Shown here piece after piece: positions 17,264 to 26,280 of a stretch of DNA of 64,000 nt. The position numbers and the translations under genes are program-made. The stretch is from Dehalococcoidia bacterium (GTDB lineage: Bacteria; Chloroflexota; Dehalococcoidia; Lucifugimonadales; GCA-2712585), in NCBI GenBank assembly GCA_965261665.1, contig OZ253467.1:321926-385925 (forward strand). Reading direction: 5' to 3'. Below the pieces are notes generated by a model. It saw nothing but the letters and a program-made list of their open reading frames with translations, was not told the DNA's origin and did no database searches. Positions within the stretch are counted from its first letter, which is position 1. Each line of letters starts with the position of its first letter.

Positions 17264-17689
17264 ATGGCTTACAGGGAAAGACTCGTAAGGAGTTGCGAAG
17301 AGGTAGTCCAAAGCACAAAATCCTTCAATCGTGGCCTCAACGAAGAACCGGACCTATATAAGCGGCTTTCTGGATTCAGAGCTTGGTACTACATCCCGGA
17401 GATTGACGCCGTAGGCCCAAGTAAGTTCATCGGATATCGAGAAATAAGCGCGAGATTCTACCTTGACCATACGGGCACATTGGCCAAGGCGACATTCCCT
17501 AGTTCCAAGCAGCTTGATGGCCGCGCAACGGAGCCTGTGTTGAAAAAGTGGTTTGAGGAAACAGAACCTGGAACGGTGGAGTACGAATATGTTTCGGAAA
17601 TGACGAAGGAACTCCTTGATCAATGGGGCAAGAAGCCATCCAAACTTGCTCGATATTGTGTGCCAAAGGGATACAGGCGAACGGGATGA
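17264..17689 (+). CDS. Stand-alone paralog of the ALDH N-terminal domain (unknown function)
   Basis: FRAWYYIPEIDAVGPSKFIGY here, compared with [21 protein letters not shown] in 14530..16407. AGGAG-like site upstream. Confidence 0.6.
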   Translation: MAYRERLVRSCEEVVQSTKSFNRGLNEEPDLYKRLSGFRAWYYIPEIDAVGPSKFIGYREISARFYLDHTGTLAKATFPSSKQLDGRATEPVLKKWFEETEPGTVEYEYVSEMTKELLDQWGKKPSKLARYCVPKGYRRTG

Positions 17690-17755
17690 CGTATTGCCCA
17701 CACCCCTAACTCCGACTAGATACAGCCAAGGCTGAGGAACTGATAGAAGGAATAC

Positions 17756-18976
17756 ATGGTGATGAGTGGACAGACTACTAGATTGGACGCGCCGTACTCG
17801 AACGTGGAGCGGCGGGAGATTGCTGTCGTCGGGGGCGGTATTGTCGGTGTTTCAGCGGCTTATGCGGCGGCGGTTCGTGGGCAGGGAAGGGTTCGCGTGT
17901 CGCTTTACGAGGCTTCGGAAGTCGGGCACACGGGCGCGGCTTCTGCCGACGTAAACAGAGTATTCCGCTTTCTGAGCGGGCCGGATTCTACCTTGACCGT
18001 CTGGTCTGCTGAGGCGCGGGATATGTGGCGGGCCTTGGGCCGGCGTTTGGGTAGTCCTGTGCTTCACCAGACGGGCGTGGTGCAATTGGTTGAACGTGGC
18101 GATGGCGAGCAGACCACCGGCGGCCACGTGTATCCCTACGACAGCGCTGCAGCTTGGCTCGAAGACGCTCTCCGCTGCATGGACGAACATCAGGCGCCCT
18201 ATCGTCGCATGGGGCCGGCAGAATTGGCCGAATGCTACCCTCAATTTCGGCGCGAGGCTATAAAAGAGGCGGTGTTGGACCCACAGGCAGGCTTTGTCGA
18301 GGCGTCCAAGGCGCTGACCGCCACTCTGGACCTGTGCTTAGAAGCCGGGGTTCAGTACCATCCGGGCGTTGAGATAACCTCGGTGGAGGCCGTCGATGGC
18401 GAATGCCGCCTTGTCGCGGCGGACGGACGGGAGATGCGGGCCGACGCGGCGGTGGTGACGGTCAACGGCTGGACGGAGAAGCTTCTACCGCAGCTAAAGG
18501 GAATGCTGACTCTCACGGAGCAGCCCCTAATATACCTGCGTCCGCCCGAAGACGCATCGGCGCTTGTCCAGGGGCAATTACCCGTCTTCATATCGCTGAC
18601 GTCGGACTGTTACGGGTTCCCGATTTTGGATGGGGAGATGAAGATTGCCGACAACACGGCTTTCCGGACCATCGACCACCCCGACGAACGACAAGAGCCG
18701 CCGAGGGAGCATCTAGAGAGGGTGGTTTCCACCGTGGGGAACTTCCTGCCCTCTGTGGCCGGCGCCGCCGTGGAGAGGACCCACGTCTGCTTCTACGACC
18801 GCTCTAAAGACGGGCGGTTCATCCTGGACGCGCTGGACTCGGAGGCGCGGATAATCTACGGGTGCGGCATGAGCGGGCGGGCGTTTAAGTTCGGCCCGGT
18901 TCTGGGGGAGAGGCTGGCCCGATTCGCAGTCGAGGGAGAGAGGCCGGAAGACATAGAAGAGTTCCGGTTGCGCTGA
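17756..18976 (+). CDS. FAD-dependent oxidoreductase (DAO family, sarcosine/glycine oxidase-like)
   Basis: Rossmann motif IAVVGGGIVGVSAAYAAA. Length and C-terminal pattern are typical of the DAO family. Confidence 0.8.
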   Translation: MVMSGQTTRLDAPYSNVERREIAVVGGGIVGVSAAYAAAVRGQGRVRVSLYEASEVGHTGAASADVNRVFRFLSGPDSTLTVWSAEARDMWRALGRRLGSPVLHQTGVVQLVERGDGEQTTGGHVYPYDSAAAWLEDALRCMDEHQAPYRRMGPAELAECYPQFRREAIKEAVLDPQAGFVEASKALTATLDLCLEAGVQYHPGVEITSVEAVDGECRLVAADGREMRADAAVVTVNGWTEKLLPQLKGMLTLTEQPLIYLRPPEDASALVQGQLPVFISLTSDCYGFPILDGEMKIADNTAFRTIDHPDERQEPPREHLERVVSTVGNFLPSVAGAAVERTHVCFYDRSKDGRFILDALDSEARIIYGCGMSGRAFKFGPVLGERLARFAVEGERPEDIEEFRLR

Positions 18977-19117
18977 GAATTTTTGACCTTGGAGGGAGAT
19001 TACGCCCTTTCGAATAGGGAATTCTATTTGCGTACCACGGCTTAGGTGATAGTCCTAGCTGGTTCACAAGATGCGGTTGGCGAAATGCGGGGGCTTTCGG
19101 CTGGAGTCATAGAGGTG

Positions 19118-19342
19118 TTAGCCGTTGGATTGCGTGTCGGATTCCTTTGGTGAGATGATCGTAATTTTTCCTCCAATTGTTTGCGTCATGTCTCGTTCCG
19201 GTTTCGATCGGCAATATGGAATCCAGCCACATCGCCGGCACCATAGCTTGGTAACTTCCCCGCCATTTAGGATGCGTTCGGAGAACGATTCACGGGCCAT
19301 GCGACCACAAGTCTGACAGGGCTGTTTAATCCTAGTTGCCAT
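19118..19342 (-). CDS. Small zinc-ribbon protein (hypothetical)
   Basis: Internal ATG with AGGAGA upstream. CQTCG...CRRCG pair. Confidence 0.4.
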   Translation of the reverse strand: MATRIKQPCQTCGRMARESFSERILNGGEVTKLWCRRCGWIPYCRSKPERDMTQTIGGKITIISPKESDTQSNG

Positions 19343-19427
19343 GTCCTTTTTTCTCCTGTGATACACAGGCATATAATTCCCTTTCGAATAGGCCAGCGTG
19401 GGTCAGGAAGGGCAGGCCGTCCGCAGG

Positions 19428-19616
19428 TCAGTCGGAGGGTTGGTGTTTGCGGATCAGTTCCACGACACGGGGATCGATGTCGTCGATGCTGCGACCGCTG
19501 TCCAAAGAGGCGATGCCCAGGTGGGCGTGGCGATTCAGGTACTCCCATTCCGGCGTCCTGTACCAATCTTTGCGCAGATCAACAAAGAGGGCGTCGATCT
19601 CTTTCTTGGTAAACAT
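19428..19616 (-). CDS. Hypothetical small protein
   Basis: 62-aa ORF with GAGGGG upstream of the ATG. Confidence 0.4.
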   Translation of the reverse strand: MFTKKEIDALFVDLRKDWYRTPEWEYLNRHAHLGIASLDSGRSIDDIDPRVVELIRKHQPSD

Positions 19617-19766
19617 CTTTCACCCCTCGCGAGAGATAACCCGGACTGCCAGCGTCTTCAACGGGCCGTTGGAACCAAGATAGTTTTAGGAATTGAGCCT
19701 GTCAAGGTGCGGAGGGCTCAAGCACAGCGAGATCCTTCGCTCCGCTCAGGATGACATGGGGGCGGC

Positions 19767-19826
19767 GTTTAGTGGGGAGAGGTAGTCCCGTCCAATGTTT
19801 AGTGGGGAGAGGTAGTCCCGTCCAAT
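19767..19826. repeat. Perfect 2 x 30-bp tandem direct repeat
   Basis: GTTTAGTGGGGAGAGGTAGTCCCGTCCAAT occurs at 19767-19796 and again at 19797-19826. Confidence 0.85.
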
Positions 19827-19834
19827 ATGGAGGC

Positions 19835-20116
19835 TTAGGCAAATCGGGCTAGTCGGCGGCTCAACTGATCTTGGGAAAGGCCCTCCGCCAGCAGAAGCTT
19901 TCGGCGGGCGCGGGCACCCCGAACGATGGTGATGTTGGAAGGGGGAACGCCGAGAATTCCGGCCAGCAGCTTCGACAGGGCAGCGTTGGCCTTACCTTGG
20001 ATTGGGGGCGCTTTCACGCGAACTCGCAAGACGCCGTCATCGAATCCAACCACGCCCTCGGTGGAAGCCCCAGACTGCACGGACACGGCAAGGCGGGCCG
20101 CTCGTTTTTTGCTCAC
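19835..20116 (-). CDS. DUF167 (YggU-like) family protein
   Basis: LRVRVKAPPIQGKANAALSKLLAGILGVPPSNITIVRGARARRK is the DUF167 signature. Confidence 0.8.
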   Translation of the reverse strand: MSKKRAARLAVSVQSGASTEGVVGFDDGVLRVRVKAPPIQGKANAALSKLLAGILGVPPSNITIVRGARARRKLLLAEGLSQDQLSRRLARFA

Positions 20117-21279
20117 GCGAGAACATTATACCGGTAACGGGAGGTGAGCTGTCGGCCTTCTTCGAACCGGCTGCTGCGGAGGGGCGTGACGTCCAGAGTA
20201 GAAGCCTGACCTTGAGTAATCATTTCGGCCATGCACTGTCCGACCATGGGGGAGAGCTTGAAGCCGTGGCCGCTAAAACCGACGGCGCAGAATAGCCCTT
20301 CCACTCCTGCGACCCGGTCCAGAACGGGATGCCAGTCCGGGGTTACGGTGAAGAGTCCCGACCAGCCGCCCCGGAAGTAGCCTTCCGCCATGGCGGGCAT
20401 TCTATGGGTCAGCTTGGCCAGGGAATCTTCCACGGTCTGGGGGTCCACCCCCTGGTTATAGTCATCCACGTTTACGGAGTCCTCGCCGACGCCGATGAGG
20501 GTTAGATCAGTGGAATGGGGGCGGAAGCTGAACTCTTGGGCGATGTCCCCAACGATGGGATGAGCGGGGAGCAGCCGCTCGGGTCTTCGGACCATGATGA
20601 CCTGGTGGCGTACCGGCTCGAGGGGAACGTGGAGACCGAGGGGTTCGAGGAGGCGAGGTGACCAGGGGCCGGCGGCGACCAGGGCCGTCGGCGTGTGGAT
20701 GACGGAGCCGTCCAGAAGTGTGACGGAGCTGACTCGTCCGCCTTCGACGTTCACGGACTCGGCGGCGGCTCGCTGGAGCACCCGCGCCCCGTTTTCCTGG
20801 GCGGCTTCAGCATACCCCACCGTCACCAGGTAAGGGTCGGCGTAACCCGATTGGGGCTCGAAGGCGATGCCTCCAGCGTCGGAGGCGTTGAGCATGGGGG
20901 CTAGCTCCAACAGGTCTTCCGGCGACACGACGGAGGTATCGATGCCCAAGCTTCGCTGCATGGCCACGTTCTCCTCCATGGCGTCGCGGTCTTCGGGGCC
21001 TACGATGACGGCGTAGCCGGTGTTGACGTAGCCGGAAGGGTGGCCCGTTTCCTCCTGGAAGTTACGATAGCGTTTCAGACTCTCCCACGCCATGGCTGAC
21101 GTTATGGGGTTGGAATAGTGCATGCGCAGGATGGCTTGGGAGCGGCCCGTGGAACCTGAGCCAAGGACGCCTCGCTCCAGCAGGAGCGCGTCCCGCACGC
21201 CCATGCGGGTGAGGTGATAAAGGATGCTGCATCCCATGACTCCGCCACCAATGATGACGGCCTCCGCCGTACTATTCAT
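20113..21279 (-). CDS. FAD-dependent oxidoreductase (sarcosine oxidase beta / DAO family)
   Basis: AVIIGGGVMGCSILYHL, with GHGFKLSP near the C-terminus. The ATG at 21279 was chosen over the upstream TTG. Confidence 0.85.
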   Translation of the reverse strand: MNSTAEAVIIGGGVMGCSILYHLTRMGVRDALLLERGVLGSGSTGRSQAILRMHYSNPITSAMAWESLKRYRNFQEETGHPSGYVNTGYAVIVGPEDRDAMEENVAMQRSLGIDTSVVSPEDLLELAPMLNASDAGGIAFEPQSGYADPYLVTVGYAEAAQENGARVLQRAAAESVNVEGGRVSSVTLLDGSVIHTPTALVAAGPWSPRLLEPLGLHVPLEPVRHQVIMVRRPERLLPAHPIVGDIAQEFSFRPHSTDLTLIGVGEDSVNVDDYNQGVDPQTVEDSLAKLTHRMPAMAEGYFRGGWSGLFTVTPDWHPVLDRVAGVEGLFCAVGFSGHGFKLSPMVGQCMAEMITQGQASTLDVTPLRSSRFEEGRQLTSRYRYNVLA

Positions 21280-21528
21280 GTGGACCCCCAATCAACAGGA
21301 AATTTCTGCTGCTATTATATTTGCCAAGGGCGCAGAGGTCACGGCGGAAATAGCATTTGCGCCTCGTGTCTGAAGGCACAATGATTCCTGCTCTCCAATG
21401 GGGGTGAATCCGAATCGGAATCACCTGAAGAGCAGAGCGGTGTAGAATCCGTTGACGACAGCGGAGTCAAAGGCGTACCCTTGGTATGAACGGAACGGAT
21501 GTCCCCGTTAGGCGAAAGGGCGTTGAGG

Positions 21529-21894
21529 GTGCAGAGAACAACCACCTACAGAGAGCAGAGCCGGGTATTTCTGGCCCAGGCCCATGAAGAACTTGCCAAG
21601 GGCGATCTCCAGCAGGCATCGGAGAAGGGGTGGGGCGCGGCGTCGCAGATGGTCAAGGCCGTCACTCAGGAGCGTGGGTGGCTTCACCGGAGCCATCGTC
21701 ACCTGCAAAACGCAGTGGATGAGTTGCGTATTCAGACAGGTGACGAAGACCTAGATTTACTTTTTGGTGCTGGAGAGAACCTGCATCAGAACTTCTACGA
21801 GAATTGGTATTCTGCCGACTCTATAGCACTCCGCCTCAGACTGGTGGGGCGGTTCGTGGAGAAGGCGGAGATGCTGCTGGTGGCGGCGCCCTAG
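21529..21894 (+). CDS. PaREP1-like / HEPN-superfamily-like helical protein, tandem copy 1 (GTG start)
   Basis: (M)QRTTTYREQSRVFLAQAHEELAKGDLQQASEKGWGAASQMVKAV.QERGWLHRSHRHL. The family name is recalled, not verified. Confidence 0.55.
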   Translation: MQRTTTYREQSRVFLAQAHEELAKGDLQQASEKGWGAASQMVKAVTQERGWLHRSHRHLQNAVDELRIQTGDEDLDLLFGAGENLHQNFYENWYSADSIALRLRLVGRFVEKAEMLLVAAP

Positions 21895-21938
21895 CTCGAC
21901 GGCATTACCCACCCCATCCCCACAAAGGAACGTTCGTA

Positions 21939-22304
21939 ATGCAGAGAACAACCACATATAGAGAGCAGAGCCGGGTATTCCTGGCTCAGGCGCATGAAGA
22001 ACTTGCCAAGGGCGATCTACAGCAAGCCTCGGAGAAGGGGTGGGGCGCGGCGTCGCAGATGGTCAAGGCCGTCGCTCAGGAACGGGGGTGGCTTCACCGG
22101 AGCCATCGGCACCTGCATGGGGTCATCAACTCACTTGACCGAGAGACTGGCGATCCGGAGTGGGCGTACTTGTTCGGAGCCGGCGAAAACTTGCATATCA
22201 ACTTCTACGAGAATTGGCATTCGGCTGGGGTTATAGAACGTCGTCTGCAGCAGGTGGGGCGGTTCGTCGACAAGGCGGAGGAACTGTTGGAGACAACAGC
22301 CTAG
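21939..22304 (+). CDS. PaREP1-like helical protein, tandem copy 2
   Basis: 121 aa, exactly 410 bp downstream of copy 1. Conserved leader CCACCCCATCCCCACAAAGGAACGTTCGTAATG. Confidence 0.6.
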   Translation: MQRTTTYREQSRVFLAQAHEELAKGDLQQASEKGWGAASQMVKAVAQERGWLHRSHRHLHGVINSLDRETGDPEWAYLFGAGENLHINFYENWHSAGVIERRLQQVGRFVDKAEELLETTA

Positions 22305-22348
22305 ACAGAGGGTATCGCCCACCCCATCCCCACAAAGGAACGTTCGTA

Positions 22349-22714
22349 ATGCAGAGAACAACCACATATAGAGAACAGAGCCGGATATTCCTGGCCCAGG
22401 CGCATGAAGAGCTGGCCAAGGGCGATCTCCAGCAAGCCTCGGAGAAAGCGTGGGGCGCGGCGTCGCAGATGGTCAAGGCCATTGCTCAGGAGCGGGGGTG
22501 GCTTCACTCTAGCCATCGACATTTGTACGGGGTCATCAACGCTTTGGAAAGCGAGACTAGCGACTCAGAGTTGACAGTCCTCTTCGCATCCGCCGGAGAC
22601 CTACATATCAACTTCTACGAGAATCGATATTCGCCCAACAACATACGGCACCTTCTCAATCAGGTGGAGCAGTTCGTTGACAAGGCGGAGGGGCTGTTGG
22701 CCGCAACGGCCTAG
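22349..22714 (+). CDS. PaREP1-like helical protein, tandem copy 3
   Basis: 121 aa, exactly 410 bp downstream of copy 2, with the same conserved leader. Confidence 0.6.
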   Translation: MQRTTTYREQSRIFLAQAHEELAKGDLQQASEKAWGAASQMVKAIAQERGWLHSSHRHLYGVINALESETSDSELTVLFASAGDLHINFYENRYSPNNIRHLLNQVEQFVDKAEGLLAATA

Positions 22715-22906
22715 AGAGACGGAGTTACCATCTTCAGCGTGGATGTCAAAGCTGCCAGCTTGTCTCCTTTCTTCGGAAACTCCTACAACCTCCCTCATTT
22801 CCAACGCCGCTCCATCGACCTCGTATCCACCGAGCGAGCATAGCCGTTTGACTTTGGCTCAAGGAAGATTGAAGATTTAGGGGTCAACACAATTTCGCAA
22901 GGGTGG

Positions 22907-24022
22907 GTGAACGCAATGGTTGTATCGCCGGAATCCGTCGGCATGAACTCCCAAGGACTTGAAAGGGTCAAAGCCCTCTTTCACGAACAGATAGAACGGG
23001 GCCTGCACCCCGGCGCTGCCATGGCCGTCTATCGACACGGCCGGTTGGTCTTGGACCTCTATGACGGCATGGCGGACGTAGAGTCTGGCAAGCCGGTGAC
23101 GGAGGACACACTCTTCGTCATCTTTTCCTCGACCAAGCCCCTAGCCGCATTTTGCTGGCTCATTCTCTGGGAGCGGGGCCAGCTGGAGATGGGGGACTGG
23201 ATTGGGGACCGGTGGCCCGCCTTCCGCGAGGGTGGCAAGGAAGATGTGACGGTGAGGCACATTCTCACCCATACGGGCGGCTTCCCCGAGACTCCCCCGG
23301 AGCTAACGCCGGAGAAGATGGTCGATTGGGACGCCTGTGTGGCGGCGGTAGCCAAGGCTCCTCTTCGATTCCGGCCCGGCGAAGCTATCGCCTATCACTC
23401 ATTGAACTTCGGCTGGGTGGTGGGCGAAGTGCTGCGACTGGTGGACGGACGGCCCATTAGCCAATTCCTGCGGGAAGAGGTGACTGACCCCCTGGGGATG
23501 AAAGACTTTTACCTGGGTCTGCCGCCATCGGAAGAAGGCAGAGTAGCCAAACTCTACGTGACGGAGGAGATAGAAACGCCGGAGATGGTGGATCTCTTCA
23601 ACCATCCCGCGGCGCACCAGGCCGTGATACCCGCCGGCAACGGCATCAGCACCGCGCGGGACCTGGCCCGCTTCTACGCCATGCTAGGCATGGCCGGAAC
23701 ACTGGATGGCGTGGAAGTTATACGCCCTGGAGTAATCAGGAGCGCCGCCGCCGTTCAGGAGAAGGGGGAGGACGCGCTCTCGGGCCAAGACGTAAAGCTG
23801 GGGCTGGGCTTCGCCGTGGACGACCTCCGAATGGGCACTCAACGATCTTCGGGCAGGTACAACCACAGCATAGGCCACAGCGGTTTCGGCAGCAGCATCG
23901 GCTGGCTTGACCTGGAGGAGCGGTTGGCGGTGGCTATTATCACCAACGGTGTCCGCGGAGAGGAATCCAACGCGGAACGGCTGGCGGCACTTTCGGAAGC
24001 GGTGCGGGACGCCTGCGAGTAA
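22907..24022 (+). CDS. Serine hydrolase (beta-lactamase / family VIII esterase-like)
   Basis: SxxK motif (FSSTKP), with YHSLNFGW and GHSGFGSS motifs. Confidence 0.8.
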   Translation: MNAMVVSPESVGMNSQGLERVKALFHEQIERGLHPGAAMAVYRHGRLVLDLYDGMADVESGKPVTEDTLFVIFSSTKPLAAFCWLILWERGQLEMGDWIGDRWPAFREGGKEDVTVRHILTHTGGFPETPPELTPEKMVDWDACVAAVAKAPLRFRPGEAIAYHSLNFGWVVGEVLRLVDGRPISQFLREEVTDPLGMKDFYLGLPPSEEGRVAKLYVTEEIETPEMVDLFNHPAAHQAVIPAGNGISTARDLARFYAMLGMAGTLDGVEVIRPGVIRSAAAVQEKGEDALSGQDVKLGLGFAVDDLRMGTQRSSGRYNHSIGHSGFGSSIGWLDLEERLAVAIITNGVRGEESNAERLAALSEAVRDACE

Positions 24023-24096
24023 TTTTTAGTCTATTCCGGGATTGCGCATAGGACCGAAAGCGGGTTCCCGCGTTCAAATGGCGATGGACGCAGTCG

Positions 24097-24867
24097 CTAG
24101 ATGTTCGGCGGCAGGGTGCGGGAGCCGCCGTCGACGACGATGGTCTCGCCGCTTATGTAGGACGCTTCGTCGGAGGCCAGGAAGAGGATAGTGTCGGCGA
24201 TATCTTCCGGACGGCCGATGCGGCCCATGGGGTGGCTTTCTGTAATCTTCCGCAGGGCTTCCGCGCTCCCGCTGCTTCCCCTGGCCTGGGGAGTATCCAC
24301 GGTGCCGGGGGCGATGCAGTTTATGCGGATGCCCCTGGATGTGTACTGGCTGGCGGCTCCAAGGGTGAGGTGAATGACACCCGCCTTGCTAACGGCATAG
24401 GGCAGGGAGCGGGCGTAGGCGGAGATGCCGGCCATGGAGGAAATGTTGACGATGGCCCCCCCGCCACCCCTCTCCATGACGGGGATGGCAGCCTTGCAGC
24501 TTAGGAAGAGGCCGCGGAGATTGGTGTTCATCATCAGGTCCCAGTCACGCTCGTCGATCTCGGCCAAGGGAGGCGTAAGGAGAAGGACGCCCGCAGCGTT
24601 GACCAGTATGTCCAGTCCGCCGAACCTTGCCGCCGTCTCGCCCACCATTCGCTGAACCTGGTCGGTTTTGGAAACGTCCACCGACACGGAGGCGGCGTGG
24701 GGGGTGATTTCCAGCAATTGGGCCAGGGTTTCGGAGGAGAGGGCGGGGTTCCGGTCGGCTATCATGACCTTCGCGCCCTCTCTCGCAAAACGGAGGGCGG
24801 CGGCGCGACCGATGCCGGAAGCGCCACCGGTGATAAGGGCGACTTTGTCCTGCAATCTACCGACCAC
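24097..24867 (-). CDS. SDR family oxidoreductase (paralog A)
   Basis: KVALITGGASGIGRA, NAAG and YAVSKAG motifs. The GTG at 24867 with GGGAGG upstream gives 256 aa, the same length as paralog B. Confidence 0.85.
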   Translation of the reverse strand: MVGRLQDKVALITGGASGIGRAAALRFAREGAKVMIADRNPALSSETLAQLLEITPHAASVSVDVSKTDQVQRMVGETAARFGGLDILVNAAGVLLLTPPLAEIDERDWDLMMNTNLRGLFLSCKAAIPVMERGGGGAIVNISSMAGISAYARSLPYAVSKAGVIHLTLGAASQYTSRGIRINCIAPGTVDTPQARGSSGSAEALRKITESHPMGRIGRPEDIADTILFLASDEASYISGETIVVDGGSRTLPPNI

Positions 24868-25304
24868 GGTCAACCTCCCTCGAGACCACGACATTGTACC
24901 ATTCACTAGCCATGTGCAATCGGATTGAAGTTAATTCTCCTCAACGTTTACGGGCTATTGTGGTTCGCATATTGAGCAGTACGGTGACAGGCACCTCCAA
25001 CCTCCACGATTGACGTTGCCATTGGTCTGAAGCATTTATTCTTCATGGTATACATATACGGATCGCGTCATCGTTGCTCTCGATGAATACATTGCGTTAG
25101 TCAAGGACATTAAGTATTCTACCAGTTCCATTGCTATTCTAAGGTCCTGGCCGACGATCTACATAGAAAATCTCCAACTCTTCAGAGACTTCTCACTGGC
25201 AGCCATCACCGAAACCCATAACTACTCAATGGGCGGGACTTTCTTGAAGGACTCTTCGAATCCCCCTCCATGCAACTCCTCGAACTCCGCTAGTAGGCGC
25301 TCCA

Positions 25305-25541
25305 CTAGTCCCAGCCGCCCTTCCTCCTGCGCCGGAGCCAACGCCACAGGTAGACCGGTGAGTACAGCAGAAGGGTCACATAGCCAAATAGCAGGAATCC
25401 CACTATGAATATTATCACGACCAACGGAATAATCACCACGATCGCGAAAGGCCCCATCGCGTCGAGGAGGGGACTAATGATCGGTATCGGCGAACCTTCC
25501 GAGGGTTGTTGACCCAGCACGACCAGCAGGATAGGTTCCAT
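25305..25541 (-). CDS. Small membrane protein (hypothetical)
   Basis: Its ATG overlaps the upstream stop by 1 nt (TAATG at 25539-25543). Long hydrophobic stretch. Confidence 0.4.
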   Translation of the reverse strand: MEPILLVVLGQQPSEGSPIPIISPLLDAMGPFAIVVIIPLVVIIFIVGFLLFGYVTLLLYSPVYLWRWLRRRRKGGWD

Positions 25542-25798
25542 TATTCCTCTCCTTCATCAGCTTCCACGTCCAGCTTGAAAGCCCCGGATTTGGTAATCTC
25601 CTCCTCCAACCACCGCCTATTCCGCCTGTTGTACAGAAAGAGGAATGTGGGAATTGGAACGTAAGAGGCAAACATTACCAATCCTCTATTCGCACTTTTG
25701 AAGATGTCAATCACGGAACCAAACTCAATCGGGCATGTGAAGACTGTTCGCACTAAGAATAGAATGTCCAGAACTACGTAACAAACATGGCCGTGCAT
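25541..25798 (-). CDS. Small membrane protein (hypothetical; N-terminus uncertain)
   Basis: Hydrophobic ORF in the AT-rich islet. A 46-codon ORF in another frame overlaps its start, so a frameshift is possible. Confidence 0.35.
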   Translation of the reverse strand: MHGHVCYVVLDILFLVRTVFTCPIEFGSVIDIFKSANRGLVMFASYVPIPTFLFLYNRRNRRWLEEEITKSGAFKLDVEADEGEE

Positions 25799-26008
25799 AT
25801 CACCAAGGCCATGAACCCGGACAGATGATATCCGAACCTGCCGGTATGACGTGTCAACACGTCCTCCAGACCAGGCCAGAAATCGGTAAGGTTATCCATC
25901 CGCTCATACTGCATGCCCCTTTTCCGTGTCAAGTGCATAATGACGGTTCAAACTTCCTCAGCGTTGATCCGTCGACTATGGAGCCAGCCAATCATTCGGC
26001 GGCTTGGG

Positions 26009-26245
26009 CTACCCAAGGGCCTCTTGGATGAGGGCGTTGAGGCGGCCCTCGACGGCCTCGTAGTCCGTAGGCTCTACGGGGACGGGTAGCCGGTCTATCT
26101 CCTCTTTCAAGGGGCCTTTCAGCACCTGGGCCTCAGTGGGCGACAGGTCCCACTGCTCTACTAGATCGTCGGGGCTCCACTGGGCAATCTGCCGGAACCC
26201 GTAGTCCTCAACGGCTCTCTTGGCTATTTCCTTCAGCTTTTCCAT
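26009..26245 (-). CDS. Hypothetical protein downstream of SDR paralog B
   Basis: 78 aa, with GAAGGAA upstream of the ATG. Confidence 0.45.
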   Translation of the reverse strand: MEKLKEIAKRAVEDYGFRQIAQWSPDDLVEQWDLSPTEAQVLKGPLKEEIDRLPVPVEPTDYEAVEGRLNALIQEALG

Positions 26246-26280
26246 GAAAGTTCCTTCTGTGCAATGTGGAAGCCCGGTGA

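Noticed and set aside
24930-25300. AT-rich 370 bp with several 15-30-codon ORF fragments on the minus strand.
   Set aside because: No frame stays open and I recognised no similarity. It is treated as decayed or non-coding DNA within the islet.
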